DNA of 64,000 nt, from NCBI GenBank assembly GCA_009837885.1, contig VXSP01000045.1, positions 325,526 through 389,525 on the forward strand. Reading direction: 5' to 3'. Both the position numbers and the translations under genes were made by a program. Positions 18,773 through 27,665 of this stretch are shown in pieces (within the stretch, counting starts at the first letter, position 1; each line of letters starts with the position of its first letter). The notes beneath the pieces are model-generated. The model was not told where the DNA came from. It saw only the letters and a program-made list of their open reading frames with translations, and ran no database searches. The stretch is from Holophagales bacterium (lineage in GTDB: Bacteria; Acidobacteriota; Thermoanaerobaculia; Multivoradales; Multivoraceae).

Positions 18773-19678
18773 TCAGTCGGCGAGAAACGCCCGCGCCACG
18801 GCGACGAACTCGTCGAGCTGGTCGTGATGGACCCAGTGGCCGGCGCCTTCGAAGTTGCGAAGCTCCGCGCTTTGGAACGCTTCGATGCGGCCGTCCTCGA
18901 CCGGGTCGCTGGCCCAGCTCTCCGTGCCCCGAACCAGCAACGTGGGGCAGGTGATCCGGCCCCAGATGCTCCGCAGTTCCTCCTCGTCGTAGCGGTAGGG
19001 CGGGAAGGAGCGCACGTAGTTGTCGAACTTCCAGGTGTAGGTGCCGTCCTCGTTGCGCGCCATGCCGTTGACGGTGAGGTGGCGGGCCTGTTCGGGGCTC
19101 AGGAAGCTGTTCACCTCCTGCATCCGCTCGGCTGCGGCGCCGAGCGACGGGTAGCGCCGGGGCTGCCGCCCCGCGAGCTTCTGCATGTTGCCGACCCAGC
19201 CTCGCATACGCTCGTCGACCGCCGCGTTGACCCGGTCGGCGAGGATGCGGGGAGGCGGTCCCATCCCTTCGATCGCCACCAGCTTGTGGACGTTCCCGGG
19301 GTAGAAGCCCGTGTAGTGCAGCGCGATGTTCGCGCCCAGCGAGTGGGCGACGATGCGCACCGGGAAGCGGTCCAGTGCTTCCAGCAGCTGCGCGATGTCG
19401 AGGACGAAGTCGGTGATCGCGTACATGCCGCCGATCGCCCATTCGCTGTCGCCGTGACCGCGCAGGTCCGGCGCCACGATGTGGTAGTCGTGACGGAGCG
19501 CGTTCGCCACCCAGTCCCAGTTGTGGGCGTGGTCGCGACCGCCGTGGATCAGCACCAGGGGCGGTTTGTCCTCGTTGCCCCAGTTCAGGTAGTGAAGCCG
19601 CAGCCGCTGGGAGATGTAGAACTGGGACGACGGGCCGACGATGTCCCGGAAGCGACTGTCGCTGAAGGCGGTGCTCAC
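18773..19678 (-). CDS. Alpha/beta-fold hydrolase
   Basis: LVLIHGGRDHAHNWD..., nucleophile elbow (AHSLG), full length. Confidence 0.85.
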   Translation of the reverse strand: MSTAFSDSRFRDIVGPSSQFYISQRLRLHYLNWGNEDKPPLVLIHGGRDHAHNWDWVANALRHDYHIVAPDLRGHGDSEWAIGGMYAITDFVLDIAQLLEALDRFPVRIVAHSLGANIALHYTGFYPGNVHKLVAIEGMGPPPRILADRVNAAVDERMRGWVGNMQKLAGRQPRRYPSLGAAAERMQEVNSFLSPEQARHLTVNGMARNEDGTYTWKFDNYVRSFPPYRYDEEELRSIWGRITCPTLLVRGTESWASDPVEDGRIEAFQSAELRNFEGAGHWVHHDQLDEFVAVARAFLAD

Positions 19679-19763
19679 CGGTTGGCGTCGGATCGCGGGC
19701 CGGAGGTTGCTGCGATCATGACGTGCGCGCGGGCGCTCTCCCGTTGCTGCGAATCGAGGTTTG

Positions 19764-20378
19764 TCATTGGCCGCTGGCGTCGGGGCGAGGGGGATTGATC
19801 ATGATGTGCGCACCCGCGGTGCCGGGGAACATCAGCCAGGGCGCGCCGGGCACCGGCCGGGTCGTCAGTCCGGTCGACTCGGGCGTTGCGTACGGCGTGT
19901 AGATCACCCAGCGCAGGTAGGCGTCACTCACTTCACCGGTCGCGGCGTCGAAGCCGCTACCGTGGAGCACGTACAAGGTGCGCGGCTCCCGCGGCATCGG
20001 CAGCTTGCCTTCCGCGATCTCCCGTTCACGAATCTCGATTCGTTCCTGGCCCTCGATGCCCTGGGCCGTCAGTTCGCGGCCGCGGGCCATGAACGGCTCC
20101 AGCGACTCGTGGTAACAGGCGACGCTCCACTGCGCGTCGCCAGGCCGGGCCGCCAGGCAGACGAGGTCGTTGCTGCCGGTCCGGAGTTCCACCACCTTGC
20201 CATCGGCGGTCCAGCCAAGCACGCGCGCGCCGTCCCGCCGGTCTTCCGGCGCCGCCTGGATTGCGGCGGCGAGCTGAGCTTCGGCATCGCCCGGTTCCGC
20301 CGCCGGTGAGGCTGCAGCCAGACAACCCAGCGCGAGCGCGGCGATCACTGCTTTCGATGTCCTCGTCCTGACGTGCAC
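19764..20378 (-). CDS. Secreted hypothetical protein
   Basis: Signal-peptide-like N-terminus (KAVIAALALGCLAAASPAAEP). Coding-like composition, but no family recognised. Confidence 0.45.
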   Translation of the reverse strand: MHVRTRTSKAVIAALALGCLAAASPAAEPGDAEAQLAAAIQAAPEDRRDGARVLGWTADGKVVELRTGSNDLVCLAARPGDAQWSVACYHESLEPFMARGRELTAQGIEGQERIEIREREIAEGKLPMPREPRTLYVLHGSGFDAATGEVSDAYLRWVIYTPYATPESTGLTTRPVPGAPWLMFPGTAGAHIMINPPRPDASGQ

Positions 20379-20491
20379 TTCGTTCCTCCTGTCTCGCCCG
20401 CTACCTGGCGCACGGGCGCGGAGAGCGTATCGCGGGCGGGTCGGCGAGTCCGCTAACCTCCGGGCGTTTTCATCTCAGGGGGAGCATCGCG

Positions 20492-21226
20492 ATGATCGAT
20501 CTGCACTACTGGCCGACGCCGAACGGCAAGAAAGTCACGATCCTGCTCGAGGAGTGCGGGTTGCCCTACCGCATCGTGCCCTGCCGGATCGGCTTCGGTG
20601 ACCAGTTCAAGGAAGAGTTCCTGGCCATCTCGCCGAACAACCGGATGCCGGCGATGGTCGATCACGAGCCGGCCGACGGCGGTGAACCGATCGCGCTCTT
20701 CGAGTCCGGCGCGATCATGATGTACATCGCCGAGAAGGCCGGCCGGTTCTACCCTCAGGATCTCCGTGCCCGCCACGAGGTGAACCAGTGGCTCATCTGG
20801 CAGATGGCGAACCAGGGGCCGAAGTCCGGCGAGTGCGGTCATTTCCGTCGCCTGCGCGACACGGAAGGCGACCAGAGCTACGCGGTGCGCCGCTTCACCG
20901 ACGAAGTGAACCGCCTCTACGGCGTGATGAACAACCGCCTCTACGACCGGCGTTACCTGATCGGCGACGAGTACACGATCGCCGACATGATCTGCTATCC
21001 GTGGACGGTTCGCTGGGAGGACCAGCAGCAGGACATCGAGGAGTTTCCGTACTTCAAGCGCTGGTTCGAGGAAGTCGGTGCCCGTCCGGCGGTCCAGCGG
21101 GGCATGGACGTCTCGAGCGGCGAGGCGATCGACTACGCGAACCTCTCCGACGAAGAACGCGAACGCCTGAAGAAGCTGCTCTACAACCAGCGCGCCCGGC
21201 CGGCGCCCGAGGGCGGGCTGCTGTAG
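20492..21226 (+). CDS. Glutathione S-transferase, YfcG/Nu-class-like
   Basis: MIDLHYWPTPNGKKVTILLEECGLPYRIV...FLAISPNNRMPAMVDH..DGGEPIALFESGAIMMYIAEK is a close YfcG-like pattern. Confidence 0.9.
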   Translation: MIDLHYWPTPNGKKVTILLEECGLPYRIVPCRIGFGDQFKEEFLAISPNNRMPAMVDHEPADGGEPIALFESGAIMMYIAEKAGRFYPQDLRARHEVNQWLIWQMANQGPKSGECGHFRRLRDTEGDQSYAVRRFTDEVNRLYGVMNNRLYDRRYLIGDEYTIADMICYPWTVRWEDQQQDIEEFPYFKRWFEEVGARPAVQRGMDVSSGEAIDYANLSDEERERLKKLLYNQRARPAPEGGLL

Positions 21227-21247
21227 CGGGGCGCCGTCGGACGCACC

Positions 21248-21425
21248 CGCCCGCGTCGCGGCCCGAGGGGTCAGCTCCCAGGTGACGCTCGCGCTTGAGA
21301 GGAGATGGAAGGGGTTGCGCTCGCTCCGCTTCACTCGCTCCGGTTGGGCGTCGGTTGGTGGAGTGTCGTCGGGCGTCGCTCGTTCAGAGGCACCTGGGAG
21401 CTGACCCCTCGGGCCGCGACGCGGG
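21248..21425. repeat. 35-bp perfect inverted repeat flanking a ~108-bp core, possibly a miniature inverted-repeat transposable element (MITE) or a large terminator palindrome
   Basis: Left arm cccgcgtcgcggcccgaggggtcagctcccaggtg at about 21248-21282. Its exact reverse complement lies at about 21391-21425. The element sits in the convergent gap between the GST and sulfotransferase genes. Confidence 0.8.
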
Positions 21426-21505
21426 CTGGACATCGGTGGACCGCACTGCGCTTCAGACTGGGTGCGCCGGCGTCCTCGCCGGCCTCTTGAGGATCGTGCG
21501 AGGCG

Positions 21506-22366
21506 CTAGCCTCGCTCCTTTGCGAATGCGACTGTGCCGCGCAGCTCTTCGTAGGAACTGTGACCCGTCGCCGGTTTCACGATCCGCTGCCACTCTCGAT
21601 CCCAGACCTCGAGGACTTCGCGCGGTACTTCACGGGAGCCTTCTCCCGACTTTCCCTTGCGGACCTTTGTTGTGGTGCCGGAGGCGGGGAGGCCGCAGGG
21701 GGCGTTTCGGGCGTTGCGGACCAGGTGGTCGTCGAACTTCGAGCTGTGTTCGCGCATGAAGCCGATTGACGCTTGCCGGGTCGCGATCTCGATGTTGGGG
21801 TGCTCCGGGTCGAGCTTGAGGAACGCCGCGACGCGGGCGGTGGCGGCGGGGAGGTCGGCGACGATGTCCTCGAAGCAGAGCCAGAGGGTCTCCGGGTCCA
21901 GGCGCTCCGGCCACCAGGACACGAGGTGTTCCCAGTAGCGGCCGCTACGGGTGCCGTGGAAGATGAAGTCGAGGGCGAAGTCGCGGATCGAGACGGTCCC
22001 GGGCTCGAACACCCAGCCGCTGAAGAAGTGGAAGAAGGAGACGAGCGAATCGACCGGGTCGCGGACGACGAAGATGTTGCGCCCACCTTTCGGTGCCAGT
22101 TCCCGGCTCAGGTGGGTCTTGAACGCTCTGGGCTCGGCCCGCTGGTGTGCGTCGAGGTCGAGGCCGATGTCGTGGGCGACTTCGAGCCAGGGGACGACTT
22201 CCGTGATCTCGTCGAAGTCCATGTCGCCGCCGGTGCGGAGCCCGTGGACGATCTGCTGCATCAGGGTCGTGCCGGCCTTGGGATAGGTGGCGATCAGGAT
22301 GTCGCTGGGCCGCAGACTGAAGTCGAGACCGCGCCGTACTCCTTCTCGTGTGGCGAAGCCGGCCAT
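21506..22366 (-). CDS. Sulfotransferase family protein
   Basis: ATG at 22366. PAPS-binding P-loop-like motif (YPKAGTT) and sulfotransferase 3'-PB-like block (VVRDPVDSLVSFFHF). Confidence 0.8.
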   Translation of the reverse strand: MAGFATREGVRRGLDFSLRPSDILIATYPKAGTTLMQQIVHGLRTGGDMDFDEITEVVPWLEVAHDIGLDLDAHQRAEPRAFKTHLSRELAPKGGRNIFVVRDPVDSLVSFFHFFSGWVFEPGTVSIRDFALDFIFHGTRSGRYWEHLVSWWPERLDPETLWLCFEDIVADLPAATARVAAFLKLDPEHPNIEIATRQASIGFMREHSSKFDDHLVRNARNAPCGLPASGTTTKVRKGKSGEGSREVPREVLEVWDREWQRIVKPATGHSSYEELRGTVAFAKERG

Positions 22367-22422
22367 GCGCCGCCTGATGCCCTCGACCGTAGTGGCCCGG
22401 TGAGGCGTCACGGCGCTGTCGC

Positions 22423-23232
22423 TCACCCGAGTACCTCGGCCGAAAGGTCGACGCCGACCGGGCAGTGGTCCGAGCCGGTCACGTGCGTCAGGATGAACGC
22501 CCGCTCGACGAAACGCATCGCGGCCTCCGAGGCGAGCACGAGGTCGATCCGCCAGCCGACGTTGCGCTCGCGGGCCTGGAAGGCCTGCTTCCACCAGCTA
22601 TAGCGCACCGTGTCGGGGTGCAGGGTCCGGAAGGTGTCGATCCAGCCGGCGTCGAGCCAGCGCTGGACCTCGTCGCGTTCCTCCGGCAGGAAGCCGGAGT
22701 TCCTCGCGTTGTCCTTCGGGCGCGCCAGGTCGATCGGCTGCGGCGCCGTGTTGAAGTCGCCGATGACCAGGACGCGATAGCCGGCGGCGCGGGCCTGGTC
22801 GAGCTGGGCGAACAGGGCGCGGTAGAAGCCCAGCTTGTAGGGCACGCGGCTGTTGTCTCGCTTGCTGCCGCTGCCCTTCGGGAAGTAGACGTTCGCCACC
22901 AGCAGTTGGCCGAAGAGAGCCAGTTGCAGACGGCCCTCGGCGTCGAAGCGCGGTTCGCCGAGCGAGGTGCGGACCCAGGCCGGCTCCAGGCGGGAGTAGA
23001 GGCCGACGCCGGAGTAGCCTGGGCGCTCGGCGCTCGAGAAGGAGGTGTGCCAGCGCGTGGGCCGGCGAAGCTCCGGCGCCAGTTGCCCGGCGCGGGCCTT
23101 CGTTTCCTGCAGGCCGACGATCTGAGCCCGGCTCTTTCCCAGCCAGTCGAGGAAGCCCTTGCGCCCGGCGGCGCGCAAGCCGTTCACGTTCCAGGAGACG
23201 ACGCGGATGCGACGGCGCTTCCGGGGGCTCAG
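22423..23232 (-). CDS. xth: Exodeoxyribonuclease III (AP endonuclease, xth family)
   Basis: Motifs VVSWNVNGLRA, GLQETK and SDHCPV. The conserved SWNVNG lies upstream of the first ATG/GTG. The likely start is CTG at 23232, overlapping the GNAT stop as CTGA. Confidence 0.8.
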   Translation of the reverse strand: MSPRKRRRIRVVSWNVNGLRAAGRKGFLDWLGKSRAQIVGLQETKARAGQLAPELRRPTRWHTSFSSAERPGYSGVGLYSRLEPAWVRTSLGEPRFDAEGRLQLALFGQLLVANVYFPKGSGSKRDNSRVPYKLGFYRALFAQLDQARAAGYRVLVIGDFNTAPQPIDLARPKDNARNSGFLPEERDEVQRWLDAGWIDTFRTLHPDTVRYSWWKQAFQARERNVGWRIDLVLASEAAMRFVERAFILTHVTGSDHCPVGVDLSAEVLG

Positions 23233-23870
23233 GTGCGGCTCCGCTTCCCGGCGCCCAGGTCGTAGGACATGATCATCATGTCGCGGGTGCGCCCGGAGCG
23301 GTCGATGACCCAGTCGGTGAGCAGCGCCTCGGGCGAGAACCCGAGGCGCTCGAACACCCGGCGTGCTCCAATCTGCTCACGCGTCATCTGCGCTACCAGC
23401 TTGAGCAGACCCAGCTCTCTGGCCGTCTCGAACACCCGCTCGGTCAGCACGTGGCCGAGCCCGCAGCGGCGATGGGCCTCGGCGATGATCACGCGGATCT
23501 CGCCGAGGTGACTCATCCAGTGCAGGCCTCGAAGGTTCAGGCTGCCGTAGCCCACCAGCTCGCCTTCGTAGTGGGCCAGGGTAGTGAAGCGGCTGCCGGT
23601 GTCGGCGTCGTGGATCCATCCCTCCACCACGTCCGGATCGGTCAGGTCCGAGCGCAGGAACTGGAGGTCGATCTCGGGCAGGGCGCTGGCGAGCGAGACG
23701 ATGTCGTCCCGGTCGGCAGGGCGCAGGCGGCGCAGGTCGTAGGTGCGATCGCCGCACTGGACCTGGTCGACGGATTGGGTGCTCACGGGCCGCTCGGTCG
23801 TGCCCGGGTGGCGCGGCCGCGCCACCCGTGCCCCAGTCCGCGCGCCCGTCATTGGGTGCGCGGATGGCAA
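23229..23870 (-). CDS. GNAT family N-acetyltransferase
   Basis: Acetyl-CoA-binding motif block (VIIAEAHRRCGLGHVL...LVAQMTREQIGARRVFERLGF). The choice between ATG 23870 and ATG 23852 is open. Confidence 0.7.
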   Translation of the reverse strand: MPSAHPMTGARTGARVARPRHPGTTERPVSTQSVDQVQCGDRTYDLRRLRPADRDDIVSLASALPEIDLQFLRSDLTDPDVVEGWIHDADTGSRFTTLAHYEGELVGYGSLNLRGLHWMSHLGEIRVIIAEAHRRCGLGHVLTERVFETARELGLLKLVAQMTREQIGARRVFERLGFSPEALLTDWVIDRSGRTRDMMIMSYDLGAGKRSRT

Positions 23871-23938
23871 CCTGCAAAGCTAGCAGGTTCGCCGTCGGGT
23901 ATCGTCGCGCGCGAACGGAATCAGGGAGGGCGGGAGAA

Positions 23939-25018
23939 ATGGCTCCGATACCGAAGGGCGGGACGGTCGCGGTGACGGGTAGCGCCGGCTTTGTCGGCGG
24001 CTGGGCGGTTCGGCTGCTACTGGACAAGGGCTACCGGGTGCGTGCATGCGTGCGCGACGCCAACGACCCCGGGAAGACGACCTTCCTGCGGGAGATGCCG
24101 GGTTACGCCTCCGGGCGCTTGACGATCCACTCGGCGAACCTGGACGAGCCGGGCTGCTTCGACGAGATCTTCGCCGGTTGCCACGGCGTGGCTCACATCG
24201 CCCACGTCAGCGACTACAACGACTTCGACTACGTGAAGAACGTGTGCGACCACATCGTCGAGAGCGTCGAGAAGTCGGGTTCGGTGACCCGCGTGGTCGT
24301 TACCTCGAGCATCGCCGCCGTGATCATGGAGGCCGACATCTACGAGTTCGTTCGGCGGCCGGTCCTGTACGAGGACCGCTACCCGGACGAGTCCAACCCG
24401 AAGCGGACGCCCGAGCGCGGTCACGGCTATTCGATGAGCAAGATCTACGCTCAGCAGGCGTTCACCAGGGCCGCGGAGAAGAGCGGGCGCTGGGACGCGA
24501 TCACCTGCTGCCCGGGCGACAATGTCGGCCCCATCCTGTCGGCGCACCAGAAGGAGAAGGGGCCCTGGCAGCACAACATCGAACTGATGCTGCTGGGCGA
24601 GTGCAAGCAAAACCAGGCCTACCGGCCGTGGATGACGGTCGATGTGCGTGATGATGCGGAGTGCCACATCCGGTTGCTTGAGAGCATCAGTGTCCGGAAC
24701 GGCGAGCGGTTCATCGCGTGGTCCGCGGACGCGGTGCCGGTGGAGGAGATCAACGCCGGCATCGATCGCCTGCTGCCCGAGCTCCGCCATGACACGCCCG
24801 CGATCACGGAAATCCACCCCGACCACATACAGAAGCGCGAAGAGGAACTGCGAGGCATCTGGGCCGGTGTCGAACTGCGCAACGACCGGATGCGGGCGGC
24901 TACGGGCGTCAGGTTCCGGCCGTTCGACGAGTCCCTGCGTGACTGCGTCGAATCGCTGATCTCAGTTGCCGGGGTCGAACCGCAACGGCGGCCCGAGGTG
25001 GACGCCAGCGACGGCTAG
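23939..25018 (+). CDS. NAD(P)-dependent epimerase/dehydratase (extended SDR; cinnamoyl-CoA-reductase-like)
   Basis: ATG with a GGAGGG RBS, followed by the Rossmann motif VAVTGSAGFVGGWAV. Catalytic YxxxK region present. Confidence 0.85.
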   Translation: MAPIPKGGTVAVTGSAGFVGGWAVRLLLDKGYRVRACVRDANDPGKTTFLREMPGYASGRLTIHSANLDEPGCFDEIFAGCHGVAHIAHVSDYNDFDYVKNVCDHIVESVEKSGSVTRVVVTSSIAAVIMEADIYEFVRRPVLYEDRYPDESNPKRTPERGHGYSMSKIYAQQAFTRAAEKSGRWDAITCCPGDNVGPILSAHQKEKGPWQHNIELMLLGECKQNQAYRPWMTVDVRDDAECHIRLLESISVRNGERFIAWSADAVPVEEINAGIDRLLPELRHDTPAITEIHPDHIQKREEELRGIWAGVELRNDRMRAATGVRFRPFDESLRDCVESLISVAGVEPQRRPEVDASDG

Positions 25019-25071
25019 ACGCCCTACAGACGAGAAGGTCGCCGTCGACCGCTTTCTGATGTCCCGCGCGG

Positions 25072-27418
25072 TCAATCTTCGTTCCCGCTCTCGATCTCGT
25101 TGTCGCCACCGTTCTCCTTCTGCTTCACGGTAAGCGGCCAGCCGTCGAACTGAGTACTGGCGGCGCCTTCTGAAGCAGGGAAGCGGAAGGCCTCGAGCAA
25201 GTAGGTCTTCGCCGTCGTGTCGATCGTGACCAGACCGAAGCCGCTGCCCCTGTTGCGCGCTGTGACGTAGCGGTCCGTCGCCTCCAGCTCGGTCCCCGGA
25301 TTGGCGACGGCATAGACGTACATGTAGTTGCCGAAACCGTCTCGGTACTCGCCGGTGTTGGCCCGCTCGTGACTCGGCCGGTTGGCCACCGTGAACCAGT
25401 TCGTGTGCTCGTCCGGCCGCCACCAGCGCACCCAGCCGGTGCTGATCGCAGGCGTGCAGAACGCCCAGCAACTGTCGCGTTGCGCGTCGGCGCCGTACTG
25501 GATCAGGGACGGCAGGTGCAGATCGCCGCACACATGCAGGCACTTCGCCGTCTTCAGGATGCGCACGAGGCGGTTCCGCGGCGTCTGGGGCCAACTGCTG
25601 CTGTCGGATGGCCCGGATGAAGTTGTGGCGGGCCCCGTGGTGCGTCGCCGCCGCGGCGAACAGCGTCTGGCTGAGGAGGACTTTCATCGCGTGGCCGTTT
25701 CGGTCGGTGGACCAGGCGGCCAGGAAGTCCTCCTGCCGCCGGCCGAGCAGGTGGAGGCCAGGCGCGTCCAGCGTGGCCGTGTCGATGCTGTCGTCGTACA
25801 CGTGGTCTCGCGGGCCGACACCGGTGTTCACGCGCTCGGGGCCGCTCTTGAACTGGCGGTCGCCGACGATCGCAAAGCTGACGTTCCCGTAGACGAGGTC
25901 GCCGTAGTAGACGCTGATGCCCCGATTGGCCGGCCTCGAGTCGTAGGGGTCGGGATGATGAGATGTATGCGTGTGGTGGACCACGTTGACCATCCGTACC
26001 GGCTCGATGTAGCCGCCGTTCGAGGACGGGTTCTTGCCGGCGCCCATCGCGTTGCCGCTCTCGCCCCAGAGGTTTCCCTGGAAGACGTCGTGGTCGTCCG
26101 GGATGCACACCGTCGGCCGGTCCCGCATCGCCTCGCGAAAGGCCCACCCGAACATGTAGAACTTGCGCAGGTAGCTCAGGATCGCCAGCGACGCCGGGTT
26201 CCGAACGATGCCGTAGCCGCCGTTGTCCTCGTAGACCTGATCGCCCGAGAAGAACAGGAGATCGGGGTCCTTCTCCGCGACCTCCCTGGCGAGCGGGACG
26301 TAGGGGAAGGAGTAATCCTTCTGGCAGGTGAGCGCGGCGAGTTTCATCGACCCGCCCGTCGGATTCGCCCGGATCGTGCCTTGCCACTCGTGGATCGTCT
26401 CGGAGCCGTCCGCGTGGCGCTCCCGGTACGCGAACCGGTACGGCGTTGCCGTCGTTTGGTCCCAGTTCGCCAGTTTGAAGGTGGCCGTGTACGCGTCCGG
26501 GTTGAAGTCGACGAAGCCGTGGGATCGCCAGTTGCCGCTCCGCTGCGTGAGAAGCTCCACGCGCCGGTCGTCCTGAGCGCCCAGTGGAGGCAGGATCGCT
26601 GTCAGCTTGACGACGAAGCCCTCGGCCCCGCGCGTGTCGTCCAGGGTGTACATGGCCCACAGGACCGCCCCGAACCGGCGGTCCATGTTGACTTCGAAGG
26701 CGCTGCCGCTCGCCTTCCAGTCGCTGAAGCGATAGCGGCCGCCCTGTCCCTCCTGGATGGTGCGGTCGAAGTTGCTGACGATGGCGACGTTGCCGGCGAT
26801 GTTGGCCGCGGCCACCGAGTGGGTGACCGTGCCGAGTTCGGTGCCGGCGGCTGACAGCGCCTTCAGTGTGAGATCGGTCATGCTGCCGGTGCCGGGCGCT
26901 CCGCTCAGGATCAGGACGACGCCGTCATTGAAGGGGCCGGCGATCGTCGAAGTGGCCGTCCCCAGCGTCAGGCTCCCGTTGATCAGGCCGGCGATCATTC
27001 CGCCAGCGCGTACGAAGCAGTTGCTCCGATAGTCGTCGATGGCGTGGCGAATGCCGATCCGGAACCCCGCGCCGCCGTCCATCGCGCCGGTCTTCACGCG
27101 CCGGCAGTGGACCGACATCTCGAAGCTCCCGGTCGAGGTCAGCCGATGGGTGAGCAGGTGAACGCTGCGGTCGCCGGAGTCCCTCCGCGTCTCGGCGCCG
27201 CCGTTCACGACGCTCCAGTCCTCCATGGGATTGGCCCAGAAGGACTCGCCCAGCCAGACCCGGTCGCGGGTCTGATGCCACTTGTCGACCCGCGTGGTGT
27301 CGGAAGTGGATTGCTGCTCGCGCTGCTGCCTGGCGTGGGCGGGCCTGATCCGTTTCGGCAGGGAGACGATGGCCGCCAGCAGGCCGAGGAGTCCGCGTCG
27401 ACTGAGGCTGTACTTCAC
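25072..27418 (-). CDS. PhoD-like metallophosphatase (alkaline phosphatase D family) with Tat signal; apparent frameshift near 25566-25600
   Basis: - Tat motif SRRGLLGLL.
- PhoD-like metallophos motifs (LLFFSGDQVYEDNG, CIPDDHDVFQGN).
- The N-terminal 818-aa frame is coherent down to ...HNFIRAIRQQ.
- The coherent C-terminus (VRILKTAKCLHVCGDLHLPSL...) continues in the +1 frame (track ORF 25072..25566). Confidence 0.7.
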
Positions 27419-27665
27419 GATGGGCCTCGACTATTCCTTTTCGAACGAGAAGCCACGCCCCAGTCGCCCTTCACGTTACACTATTTCTTGTGAAAATTTG
27501 GTGAGTTGGAGGGGTGCTACGTGATTTTTTGGCGACTTACCGAGTGTACCTGTGGGGTTTTGTCCTCGTCGTCCGCGTCGTGATGGGTAACGTTGTCTTT
27601 GTGTTCGGCCTGGCGGAGGAGTAGGGTCCGGGCAGGTCGGCGCGAACCGGGCGGAGGTTTCGGAG
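27419..27665. promoter_or_regulatory. AT-rich divergent intergenic region between the PhoD-like and TonB-receptor genes (candidate shared promoter/operator region)
   Basis: Locally low GC (ttacactatttcttgtgaaaatttggtgag...gtgattttttggcgac) in an otherwise ~68% GC sequence. It lies between two divergently oriented starts. Confidence 0.3.

Noticed and set aside
18749-19442. Upstream part of the 650-aa ORF 17490..19442
   Set aside because: Arg/Gly/Pro-rich junk overlapping the alpha/beta hydrolase gene. The DUF418 protein starts at GTG 18748.
24962-25566. C-terminal 200 aa of the 818-aa ORF (in-frame continuation after the PhoD-like frameshift)
   Set aside because: Out-of-frame junk (RRRATRQLLG..., Arg-rich). 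The genuine C-terminus is in the +1 frame (25072..25566).
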